A stretch of 64,000 nucleotides of DNA, from the IMG/VR virus record IMGVR_UViG_3300032893_000041, positions 241 through 64,240 of that record; one strand, given 5' to 3'. Source of the stretch: a virus. Taxonomy: Duplodnaviria; Caudoviricetes. Below are positions 28,252 to 37,109 of this stretch, in pieces. Both the position numbers and the translations under genes were made by a program. Position 1 is the stretch's first letter. The number at the start of each line of letters is the position of its first letter. The notes under the pieces are model-generated. The model was not told the DNA's origin. It saw nothing but the letters and a program-made list of their open reading frames with translations, and did not search any database.

Positions 28252-28506
28252 TCATGGACATACCGTCAAGCGACGGTAGTCCTTCCAGGGGGCCTCTCGC
28301 CGCAAAAGTTCTCGAAATGCACCCATTTCGGGCGGCGCCACGTAATAAGAACCATCCGGCAGCCGCCGCGCCCGGCTGGCGCACCACGCCGATATGACCA
28401 CGTCCTTTTCGAATTCCTTGGCGCGGGCCTCATATTCTCGCACGCCCTCCATCGGGTCGCGTGGAAAGTTATCGTATCCCCGCACTAACGTGGCAGCATG
28501 CTTCAT
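28252..28506 (-). CDS. Hypothetical protein
   Basis: 84 aa; ATGA overlap with the upstream gene. Confidence 0.45.
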   Translation of the reverse strand: MKHAATLVRGYDNFPRDPMEGVREYEARAKEFEKDVVISAWCASRARRLPDGSYYVAPPEMGAFRELLRREAPWKDYRRLTVCP

Positions 28507-28877
28507 TTCGTCAGTACCTTGCCGGCCTTGAGCGCCGCGCGGATGGCATTCATGGCACGCATCTTGGCCACGCCGCCGTTTGGCGCCCCGTCGAGGACGA
28601 CCGAGAGGTTGTTGGTGGCGCAGAACGCCTTGATCTCGGGGATGGTCAGGCCCTTGGCATATGCGATGATGTCGTCGCCGGCCTCGAGCGGGTCTTTTGG
28701 TATGTTTTGTACATCGGCCGGACCGCTGGTAGCAGTTGCCGTCACGGTATTTTCTTTGGCCTTCTTCGCGGAAGACGCGCCGCGCCGCTCTCTGTCCTGT
28801 CCCATCTTGTCGTTCTCCGTGTATTCGGTTATGAGTTTCGGTGGATCGAAGTTCAGATCGACGATCAGTCGTGGCAC
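28503..28877 (-). CDS. Protein with NxGxxKMxxxNxIR domain (paralogue C; GTG start)
   Basis: TATAGGAG leader before GTG at 28877; PNGGVAKMRAMNAIR. Confidence 0.65.
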   Translation of the reverse strand: MPRLIVDLNFDPPKLITEYTENDKMGQDRERRGASSAKKAKENTVTATATSGPADVQNIPKDPLEAGDDIIAYAKGLTIPEIKAFCATNNLSVVLDGAPNGGVAKMRAMNAIRAALKAGKVLTK

Positions 28878-29907
28878 GGGTCTTTCTCCTATATGGTTCA
28901 CTGTCCCGGGTCGATGTCCCCCAGCCCGGTCGTGGGTATGTACTTCCTTTCGTCCACGTTGCCCAGAACGTAGTTGGTGCTCTCCAGGTAGGCGACCTGG
29001 ACCCACTCGCAGTGCATGGTGCGCAAGTTCTGAACGCGGACAGCCAAATCAGGAGTCATTTGATCACGGTATAGGCGTCGCATCTCCGGCCCGGCCACGA
29101 CCTCCCATTGGGGCGGCGGCAACGAGCGGCGCCTGCCCCTGGGATTGTAGTAGCGGACGCCCTTCTGGAACACGGTCACTGGTAGTGGCCCGGCAAGTAA
29201 TCTTCCATGTCGAGCATCTCCATCAGGGCTTCCGCGTTGCTCCTGTACCGTGGGTACTTGGCGCGGTGAGCCTCGAGGTCTTTCGCGACGAGCGCCCATT
29301 CATCCTCATCCATGTCCGGCAGTTCGTACGCCACGAGCGTGGCGGGGTCGTCGGTGCCGGCGGCCTGCGGCTTGCGCCCGCTGGCCTGGAAAAACGTCGG
29401 TCCCTTCGCCATGTCAGACCACTGCCGATAGGACGCGGGCATGGTTGCGAAGCGTGCGCGCCTCGCGTTCAATCTTCTCGGCCCGGTCCAGCATGACTTG
29501 CCGGAAGCAAGGCGGTGCGTCAGCGGACAGCACCCGGCTGGCGAGCGCGGTTGCCTTCATGTGCCACAGCAGGCACTTGACGGCAACGGGGTCTCGGAGG
29601 ACTGCCTTTCTTACCTTCATCGATCGTCCCTTCTCACATGTGAAAAAAGTGCAAGGAAAGCAAACCGCACCCGGAGAGGGAAGCGGCTAGCGTGAATATC
29701 AACACCCATTTCATGAATTCCAATGCTCCATCATGGCGTGGATTTCATCGGCGCGATAGTTGACGATGGCGCCGTGCAGTTTCCGGTGTGCCGCCATCAA
29801 CATAGCGTAGATGACGGCGTCCGGCGGGCTTGCGTGGCCCAGCGTCTCCGCCGCCTTGCGGGCGGCGGAGACTGCATTCAGTTCGTTTTCGCTGATGGCT
29901 GGATTGG

Positions 29908-30897
29908 TCATGCGATCCTCGCTTGGGTTGACTTGTGGACCTGAGGGTCGAGGCCGATGGAGGCGCCGTCCGTATAGCCGGCGCAGTATCCGGAATGATC
30001 GCGGTTGTCTTTCCGGGTGCGGCCCGACGATCGGCCGGCATGCCGGCGCAGCCATTCCTGCCATTCCTTCTCGGCCTTCGCCTTCTGCGCGGCGGCTTCC
30101 TCCGGGTGCGCCAGTTCCCAGGCGGCCCGCTCCTCGCGGGCCTTCTTCGCTGCCTGTTCGGCCTGATAGCGGTCTGCTGCCCAGCGGGCTGACGTGCCTT
30201 CGCCATAAAGATGGTCGATGTTGGCGTCATGTTCCGATTGGGTGTAAGTCGCCAGATCGACGCCCGATGACTGCGGCGCGGCGCCCGGATGCTTCGAGCG
30301 GGCGGCTGCTTCGCGCGCCTTCGCCTCTTCCGCCATTTTCATTTCATAGCGGCGCTGACGCAACTTCTCACCCAGGCGCTCGGCGACGCCTTCGCGATAG
30401 GACGCGGCCCAGCGGGTGAAGAACTGGGTATGGTCCTGATTCAGCCGGTCGCGTACCAGTCGCTCGATGGCCTGCTCCAGGTATTCGGCCATGATCTGCG
30501 TGGACACGACGTTGACCTTGCGCCCCAGCACCTTGTGCTTGAACGTCTTGCGTCCCATCCGGCGTTCACCATTAACGTCCTTGTAGACGGCTTGCTTAGT
30601 GTAGTCCATCTCGGTGGTTGCCCAGTACATGCAGAAGTTGAGTTCAGCAACCGACTGCCACAGCGAGCGCTGCCACTTATACAGACCGCCCTTGAGTCGT
30701 ACGTCACCGCGCGACTTGTCGGCCGGCGCGTCGCCGACGCTCGCCATGTCGAGATTATACTGGGCCAGGAGTTCCTGGACCTTGGCCATGGCGGCGGCAG
30801 CCTCGGCTTCGTTCGGGTTGTTGCCGGCCAGGGCCAGCAGCTTCTCGATCTTGCGAATGGCGGCTTGGGCTTCCGGGGTGAGTTCCTGATTTGTCAT
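29908..30897 (-). CDS. DUF2786-like N-terminal domain protein
   Basis: IRKIEKLLALA...NEAEAAAAMAKVQELLAQYNL; C-terminal GYxAG. Confidence 0.75.
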   Translation of the reverse strand: MTNQELTPEAQAAIRKIEKLLALAGNNPNEAEAAAAMAKVQELLAQYNLDMASVGDAPADKSRGDVRLKGGLYKWQRSLWQSVAELNFCMYWATTEMDYTKQAVYKDVNGERRMGRKTFKHKVLGRKVNVVSTQIMAEYLEQAIERLVRDRLNQDHTQFFTRWAASYREGVAERLGEKLRQRRYEMKMAEEAKAREAAARSKHPGAAPQSSGVDLATYTQSEHDANIDHLYGEGTSARWAADRYQAEQAAKKAREERAAWELAHPEEAAAQKAKAEKEWQEWLRRHAGRSSGRTRKDNRDHSGYCAGYTDGASIGLDPQVHKSTQARIA

Positions 30898-30900
30898 GGT

Positions 30901-31116
30901 TCAAGTCCTCAACACGTAGTATTTGGCCTCGGCCAGCCCCCGGATGATGCCAGGGTTAGCCTCGATCTGCGCGGCCGAAGGAAGGACGACCGGGACGTAG
31001 CGACCCTGGCCGTTGACGGCGACCAGGGATACCAGTTCCTCGGGCAGGGCACTCAACTTCCGTAGAGCGCCGTCGATGGTGATGTAGGAATGGGCTTCGT
31101 TAAGGTTGATCTCCAA
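30901..31116 (-). CDS. Hypothetical early protein
   Basis: TATAGGAG leader, TTG start. Confidence 0.55.
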   Translation of the reverse strand: MEINLNEAHSYITIDGALRKLSALPEELVSLVAVNGQGRYVPVVLPSAAQIEANPGIIRGLAEAKYYVLRT

Positions 31117-31148
31117 GGTCTTGCTCCTATATGAAGTTATCGGTCTCG

Positions 31149-31179
31149 TTTATATGGGTATTCAAAGGTCCCATGTCAA
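31149..31179 (-). promoter_or_regulatory. Sigma70-like early promoter
   Basis: Minus strand TTGACA-17 nt-CATATA(AA). Confidence 0.55.
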
Positions 31180-31268
31180 GTATAGGGGTGGCGCGTCACG
31201 TTACCCAAGGTCGAATCCACGGTGCGTGGGCTTGCGAACGGCCAAGCCATTGGACCCTGCCCTATTCA

Positions 31269-31532
31269 TCATTCACGCGGCGCGTCCTTCATGACGACGA
31301 TGGTCTGGCGCCGGTCCTCCGCCTCTTGCAACAGACGCTTCTTGTAGGACTCGGTTGCCCCGAACGTGTTGGACAGCGGACCGCCGACGCGCAGAGCGCC
31401 CTGGCTGCCGACATATAGGAAGCCGCGCCCGCCCTTGTTCTTAAACACGACATACTTGCGGGTCTTCTGGTCCGGAGCACGCTCGTAACCCAGCGTCTCT
31501 AACGCCGCGATCAGTTCTGATTGCTTCGTCAT
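31269..31532 (-). CDS. Hypothetical protein
   Basis: 87 aa coupled ORF. Confidence 0.5.
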   Translation of the reverse strand: MTKQSELIAALETLGYERAPDQKTRKYVVFKNKGGRGFLYVGSQGALRVGGPLSNTFGATESYKKRLLQEAEDRRQTIVVMKDAPRE

Positions 31533-31829
31533 GCATCACCCGTCTTATTATTTATTTCGGCCACGATCTTCACCCAGCGATTGAGAGATTGACGCGATGA
31601 CGCGCGTTGAGCCGGCGTCAACATTGGACTTTGCAGTTTTTTAGTCAGGCGGCTGATCCGCTTCCTAGCGTACTCGCGGCGGGCGCGCATCTGCTCCACA
31701 TATTCCTTAGCATGCGCTTCCGTCTCGAATTCTTCGACGTGGCCGTCATCGAATTCCAGGAACCACGGCCCGCCAAGGCCCAGCTCCTTAATTTCGGCAG
31801 CGCTAAGGTCGGTGCGATGGATTTGCATG

Positions 31830-32078
31830 TCACCCCTCGCAACCGCAGGAGGGGCAAACCGGCGACACGGAATCCAGCGGCTCTTCGAAGCCGCACTGGA
31901 TGCAGACGGACAGACCTTTCGACTTATCGAGGCCGCGAGGGAAGACAGACGGAAATGCCCGCCGCACCCACGTCTGACAACGCAAAGCGAAGAACGGCGA
32001 GAACGGCCAGCGGGGCGCGAGGCCCACGGAGGCCGAACAGAAGAAATCCTCGAGACGGACGACGAGAGAACGCAACAT
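31830..32078 (-). CDS. Hypothetical protein with C-terminal zinc ribbon
   Basis: CIQC...CPSC; TATAGGAG leader. Confidence 0.45.
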   Translation of the reverse strand: MLRSLVVRLEDFFCSASVGLAPRWPFSPFFALRCQTWVRRAFPSVFPRGLDKSKGLSVCIQCGFEEPLDSVSPVCPSCGCEG

Positions 32079-32109
32079 GAGGTCATGCTCCTATAAAAGT
32101 TGAAGTAGG

Positions 32110-32138
32110 ATTAAAGCACACCCCGCCTCCGCCGTCAA
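32110..32138 (-). promoter_or_regulatory. Sigma70-like early promoter
   Basis: Minus strand TTGACG-17 nt-TTTAAT. Confidence 0.55.
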
Positions 32139-32153
32139 GATATTACAGGGGTC

Positions 32154-33875
32154 CTAGTCGCAGGAGCGCGTTCCGTCCGCCGCGATCTTGCAGGCCGCGC
32201 CTTCAACGGGAAGGTTGGAGCGCACGTCGCGCACCACGGCGCCGCGCTTTCCGGTCGGGTTGTACGTGGTCAGACCCTTAGCCCCGCCTTCCCAGGCCGC
32301 CATGTAGATGCCCTTGAACGCGTCCCAGTTGCATCGATCATCGATGTTACACGTCTTGGCGACGGCGGAGTCCACGTGGCGCTGAGCCGTAAACAGCACG
32401 TTTAAGTGGTCCTCAGTACTGCATTCGACGGAGGTCTTGCCCGTCGTACCGAACACTCGCAGACCGTAGTCCTGCAAGGTCACTTCTCGTTCGCCGTCTG
32501 GCATGCGCGACACGCGCTTCTGTTCCAAGAAGATGACCGGCTCGATGCCGCCGGACACGTTGTCGGCCGAAAGAGAAATAGTGCCGGTGGGGGCGATGGA
32601 GGTCAGGTGAGAGTTGCGGATGCCGTGGCTTTCGATTCCGTCCTGGATAGCCTTGGGCAACGTCTGGATGAAGCCGCCGGACAGATAGTCGTCCCGCTTG
32701 AGCGCGGGGAAGCTGCCCTTCTCCTTGGCCAGCTCGATGGAGGCCGCATAGGTCTTGATCTTGAGCGTGCCGAGTACGCGGTTGGCCTCCATCAGGAAGC
32801 CGGGCGACCCGTACGGATGGCCCAGCGCCTCGATGGCGTTGGCCAGTCCGGTGACGCCGATGCCCATGCGCCGCTTTGACTTGGCGGATTCCTCCTGCTC
32901 CTTCATCGGGTAGACGGCACGATCCACGACGTTGTCCATCGCGCGCACGATGTGATAGAGGTCGTCCTCCATGGAGTTGAGGTCCAGGTATAATTCCTTG
33001 TCGTAGGCGGTCTTGCGCACGTACTTGACGAGGTTGACGCTGCCCAGCAGGCAGGCGGCGTGCGCCGGCAACGGCTGCTCGCCGCATGGGTTGGTGGCCT
33101 CGATGCGCTCGCAATACCATAGATTGTTCATGCGATTGATCGTGTCGAGGAAGATTACGCCGGGTTCAGCCCAGTCCCAGGTCGAGCGCATGATCATGTC
33201 CCACAGCGCGGTGGCCTTGATGGTGCGTATGCGCCGGCCGGCGAAGCGGAGGTCGAAATTGGCATCGGCCTGCACGGCGGACATAAACTCGTCGGTCACG
33301 CCGACGGAGATGTTAAAATTTCGAAAGCGATGCTCGTTCTGCTTACACTGCACGAACTCTTCGATGTCCGGGTGATCGACGCGCAGCACGGCCATCTGCG
33401 CGCCCTTTCTTTCCCCCACCGATCGCAGTACGCCGCCCATGGCGTTGAATAGTTCCATCCATTCGACCGGCCCGGTGGCTTGACTGCCCAGCGTCGATAT
33501 CGCAGCGCCCCGGTAGCGGATGCGGGAAAAGTCGTAGCCGACGCCGCCGCCCAATCGCATGGTGTCGCCGGCCTGCCCCAGCACCTTCATGATCGAGGTC
33601 ATCGAGTCGCGGATGATACCAGAAACGAAACAGTTGTATGGAGTGACGATGCGCGGGCTGCCCATGGCGTTCTGCACGCGTCCGCCCGGTAAAAATCGTT
33701 GATCGAGTAGGATGTCGCGGTAGGCCCGGAAGTGGTCTTCGCCGTCCTTGAGAGCGTCGGCCTGCCTAGTGGCGCACTGCTCGAAAGACTCGTTGATGGC
33801 TCGATATTTAGCAGCGTGTAATTCCTGTGAGAAGGGAAGCGTCGGCCCGTATGTCATCTTTTTATTCCCCGTCAT
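32154..33875 (-). CDS. nrdJ: Ribonucleotide reductase, probably class II (B12-dependent)
   Basis: YNCFV, GGGVGYDFS, ATNPCGEQ, IAPTGTIS, C-terminal Cys pair; no beta-subunit gene seen. Confidence 0.88.
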   Translation of the reverse strand: MTGNKKMTYGPTLPFSQELHAAKYRAINESFEQCATRQADALKDGEDHFRAYRDILLDQRFLPGGRVQNAMGSPRIVTPYNCFVSGIIRDSMTSIMKVLGQAGDTMRLGGGVGYDFSRIRYRGAAISTLGSQATGPVEWMELFNAMGGVLRSVGERKGAQMAVLRVDHPDIEEFVQCKQNEHRFRNFNISVGVTDEFMSAVQADANFDLRFAGRRIRTIKATALWDMIMRSTWDWAEPGVIFLDTINRMNNLWYCERIEATNPCGEQPLPAHAACLLGSVNLVKYVRKTAYDKELYLDLNSMEDDLYHIVRAMDNVVDRAVYPMKEQEESAKSKRRMGIGVTGLANAIEALGHPYGSPGFLMEANRVLGTLKIKTYAASIELAKEKGSFPALKRDDYLSGGFIQTLPKAIQDGIESHGIRNSHLTSIAPTGTISLSADNVSGGIEPVIFLEQKRVSRMPDGEREVTLQDYGLRVFGTTGKTSVECSTEDHLNVLFTAQRHVDSAVAKTCNIDDRCNWDAFKGIYMAAWEGGAKGLTTYNPTGKRGAVVRDVRSNLPVEGAACKIAADGTRSCD

Positions 33876-33879
33876 GATC

Positions 33880-34047
33880 AGCCCCACTTGAGAACGAGGC
33901 GGGCGCGCACCCCTCGAAGAATGCGCGCCCGCTGGCAATTTCCATTATCTGCGATGTGCGTGTGACCCAGCTAGACCATGGTCCTCTCCTCTGTCAGTTG
34001 GCCGCGACAAGGCACTCACCCTCAGGCCGTGTGTACCCGGTATGGTA
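33880..34047 (-). ncRNA. Candidate structured leader RNA upstream of nrdJ
   Basis: ~170 nt intergenic; perfect GCGGGCGCGCA/TGCGCGCCCGC stem plus smaller hairpins. Confidence 0.35.
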
Positions 34048-34223
34048 CTACCGGCGGCGGGTGGTGTCTAGTGGCTTTAGTGAAGAGGAGTTCACGGTCG
34101 CCTCTCGAATCAGGCCGCGCCGGGCGACTTCGCGCCACAGCTCGCCTGAAATCTTGAGCGCGGCGTCGAGCGCCTCCAGGACGGTGGTATCATCGAGGTC
34201 CTTGATTTCGACGCCGCGCCACT

Positions 34224-34832
34224 TCATCCGGTCTGACCGGGATCGAAAGGTTCGGACTCGCAAATGCCCGAATGTTCTTGCGGCGGGTCCAACTTATCAA
34301 GTTCGGCGGCGATGACCGGCGGCGTATGAGCGCCGTCGATGTCGCGCGTGTCTACTGGGCCGCTTCCCATCTTGGAAAACACGGCCGGCGACGCGCCCTT
34401 GGACGCAAACTGATAGCGCCCGGCGTAGGGCTGCACGGTAGGTTCGTCCAGGATGTGGAAGACCACCTGGGCAATGGGCGCTCCAGCCGGGATAAAGACG
34501 CGGCGCGACGAGTGGTTGGAAATCTCGAGCGTCAGCGCCTTGCCGACCCAGCCGGGTTCAATGACGGTGTTTTGCACGCAGATGCCCATGCGCGCCCAGG
34601 TGGACTTATCGTGGACGACGCCTAGCAAATCCCACGGCATGTTGAAGCTTTCAATCGTCGAGGCCAGCTTAAAGTGCCCCGGCGACATCTCCAGTTCCTC
34701 GGCGACACGCACGTCGTAACCGGCCGGTGAAAGACCAAAAGTCAAGCCATGGGCATGGGTCCGTTCATGGAACGGCTCGATCATGTAGTTGTTGGCGCAG
34801 TATCGGCGAATTGTTTGCGCGGATGCGATCAT
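34224..34832 (-). CDS. dcd: dCTP deaminase (dUTPase-like fold)
   Basis: GLSPAGYDVR, DKSTWARMG, VIEPGW, LTLEISN, IAQVVF, YAGRYQ. Confidence 0.85.
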   Translation of the reverse strand: MIASAQTIRRYCANNYMIEPFHERTHAHGLTFGLSPAGYDVRVAEELEMSPGHFKLASTIESFNMPWDLLGVVHDKSTWARMGICVQNTVIEPGWVGKALTLEISNHSSRRVFIPAGAPIAQVVFHILDEPTVQPYAGRYQFASKGASPAVFSKMGSGPVDTRDIDGAHTPPVIAAELDKLDPPQEHSGICESEPFDPGQTG

Positions 34833-35079
34833 GATACCACGGTCTCCCTTGAACGATTGATTCGCCCGGTCCCTTGCGGTTCCATGGCAACAAAAACATC
34901 TGGCCGTCCGAGTACGCCACCATGCCGTCGAAGTTGCGGGTGGTGCGATGTTCGAAGGAGTCCAGCGGCACGGCCACGAACCCGCCGTCCGCCGCATCGT
35001 TGCCGTGCAACATGCAAGCTCGATGGCGGTACTCGATGACCCAGTTGTTGAGGATGCGAAGCCGCACGATGGAACCTAT

Positions 35080-35111
35080 AAAAAGAACCCGCCGCAAAGA
35101 GCGGCGGGTCT
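35080..35111 (-). terminator. Intrinsic terminator
   Basis: Minus strand ACCCGCCGC-TCTTT-GCGGCGGGT followed by TCTTTTT. Confidence 0.7.
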
Positions 35112-35407
35112 AGTTTGCGTGTGGGGGAGGCTGAACCGCATCTCTGCGGTCGGCTTCACCGCCGGCCACAGTGGGGTGGCCGGCGAAGAAAGATAAACAT
35201 GGGCGCCCGTCCTTGGTCAAGGCGTCACTATGAATGATCATGATCTTGCCTCCATTACGCATTGCGCCTTGTCGAGTACCGCCCCAGTAAAGACCACGTG
35301 CACGGCATGCCGGTGCAGCATGATTTTGCATTCATCCATCGAATGGAAGCCGGTTACGTGCAGCACGGCGTTCCAATACCCAATATGCCAGAGCAGGACG
35401 AGCGTGA

Positions 35408-35626
35408 TCATTGATTGTCTTTCCAACGATCCCGAATATCGGTGCAATCGGCATAGAACCCACTTCCGGCGCTAATGGCGCCGTATCTGCCTAATTGACC
35501 GATCAGGGCAGCCAATATAGACACGTCTATCGCCAGTTGGCGGACCGCCTGCGGGTCCAAGACCTCCGTTACGTCAAAGATGTGCGGGTTGGAGGTCGGC
35601 TTCTCGATGCGTCGAATTACCTTCAT
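35408..35626 (-). CDS. Hypothetical protein
   Basis: 72 aa in the same orientation as neighbours. Confidence 0.4.
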   Translation of the reverse strand: MKVIRRIEKPTSNPHIFDVTEVLDPQAVRQLAIDVSILAALIGQLGRYGAISAGSGFYADCTDIRDRWKDNQ

Positions 35627-35630
35627 GTAT

Positions 35631-35843
35631 TCACCCCATCTTCGTGTGTTGAAACTGGCCCTTCACGTCGGAGACGAACGCCTTACCGACTGAGGGCGCC
35701 TGCAACAGGCCGAGATAGACGTGTTCCGGCACGTCGTGGTAGACGTACTCGCCGCCGGACTTGAAGTGAACGTGAAGCTGGCTACGGTCCTTATCGTAGC
35801 CGACGCTTCTTATCGTCGACGACTGAACGTGATGCATCTTCAT
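35631..35843 (-). CDS. KTSC domain protein
   Basis: SSTIRSVGYD...LHVHFKSGGEYVYHDVP...APSVGKAF; GGAGG RBS. Confidence 0.88.
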   Translation of the reverse strand: MKMHHVQSSTIRSVGYDKDRSQLHVHFKSGGEYVYHDVPEHVYLGLLQAPSVGKAFVSDVKGQFQHTKMG

Positions 35844-36303
35844 ATCTTTAACTCCTCCAACGATAGCTGGGCTGCCGTAATCGGCGCCAGTCCTTGCCTG
35901 ATGCCCGAAATAAAAAACGCCATCCACTCGGCGTCAAGTCCTTTCGTACGCGCTATCATGAAGGCGCCGCAGACTCCGCGCGTATCTCGCAGTATCTTGG
36001 CCCAGATGATCTCATCGAGGCCGTCCTCCCATGATGGGTGGTTGTGAAGGTCTATGACGGTGCGCGGCATCAGTCCTGCTCCTCGCTGCCGCGCTCGGCT
36101 GGGGGCTCGGGGTCGAGGTGGTTCCATTTGACAGTTCCGTAGGTTCCATCATCCCAGGTGATGAACGCCTCGCCATCAGAGGTGAACTCGTCAGCCCGGC
36201 CGTGACGGCCGTCCAGGCGGTAGACAACGCGATCACCGGCCTTCATTCCGAGAGCACCGTTGCGATGGCCGAGCAACGCTAGTGGGTGTGGCGGAAAGTC
36301 CAT

Positions 36304-36690
36304 CTATTCCCCCTCCTTCGTGCTGGCGGCTTGCCCGGCGTTCTTGACCTGGCCCTCGTAGGCCGCGCACCGCTCGGTCAACTTGGTGATCTGCTCGTCC
36401 TTCGCGTCCAGGGCGTCGGCGGCGGTGCGGATGGTTGCCCGCGCCTTATCCGTCCATGTGAGGTAGTCGGCGTAAGCCATGCCCTCTACTAAGTCCCGCA
36501 TCTCCGCTGTGTCGGCAGACGCGGGGGGCTGCGCGGCGCGGGCTTCACGCAGTGCGCGGGCGACGTTGTTCACCAAGTCAGCAATCGGGCAGTCTTCGTC
36601 ATTCTGCCATGCAGTGACGATAGTGTGGGCGCGGTCAGCGGCCCAGTCCACCACCGTCCCGGCGGCGGGTGCGGGCGTGGGGGTGTTCAT
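36304..36690 (-). CDS. Hypothetical protein
   Basis: 128 aa Ala-rich coiled-coil; coupled to neighbour. Confidence 0.45.
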   Translation of the reverse strand: MNTPTPAPAAGTVVDWAADRAHTIVTAWQNDEDCPIADLVNNVARALREARAAQPPASADTAEMRDLVEGMAYADYLTWTDKARATIRTAADALDAKDEQITKLTERCAAYEGQVKNAGQAASTKEGE

Positions 36691-37109
36691 GGCTTATTTC
36701 TCCCCCACGGTCCCGACTGCGCGTGCGGCTGTAAGCGTGCCACTTCCGCCTCCAGCGCCGCGCAGCGCAGTCTGGCCGCTTGGAGATCGGCGAGCAGTTG
36801 GGGGCCGGCATCTTGCAAATAGCGGCCCATGTTGCCGACCGTCTCGCCTCGTCGCAGCCAAAATGCCAGTTCCTCCCGCCGCCCCATCTCCCCGCCCACG
36901 TCCGCACGCTGCAGGGCTGCGAGGGTGCGGAGGATGGTGGCGACTTGTTCAGCCTCTTCCAAGCTCATGGAAAAATACGAGCCATTAGGAGGATCATGTG
37001 GTGCGAAGGGATCATCCAATTCTGAGCGGAATTTGACCGCCAGCCGTTCGATCTCCTCCGGCGGGGGCAGCGCGGCCAGCGGCTTGGCGGCGTCAACTTT
37101 TGTCATCAA
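36687..37109 (-). CDS. Hypothetical protein
   Basis: 140 aa; overlaps the primase stop; GGAGG RBS. Confidence 0.5.
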   Translation of the reverse strand: MMTKVDAAKPLAALPPPEEIERLAVKFRSELDDPFAPHDPPNGSYFSMSLEEAEQVATILRTLAALQRADVGGEMGRREELAFWLRRGETVGNMGRYLQDAGPQLLADLQAARLRCAALEAEVARLQPHAQSGPWGRNKP

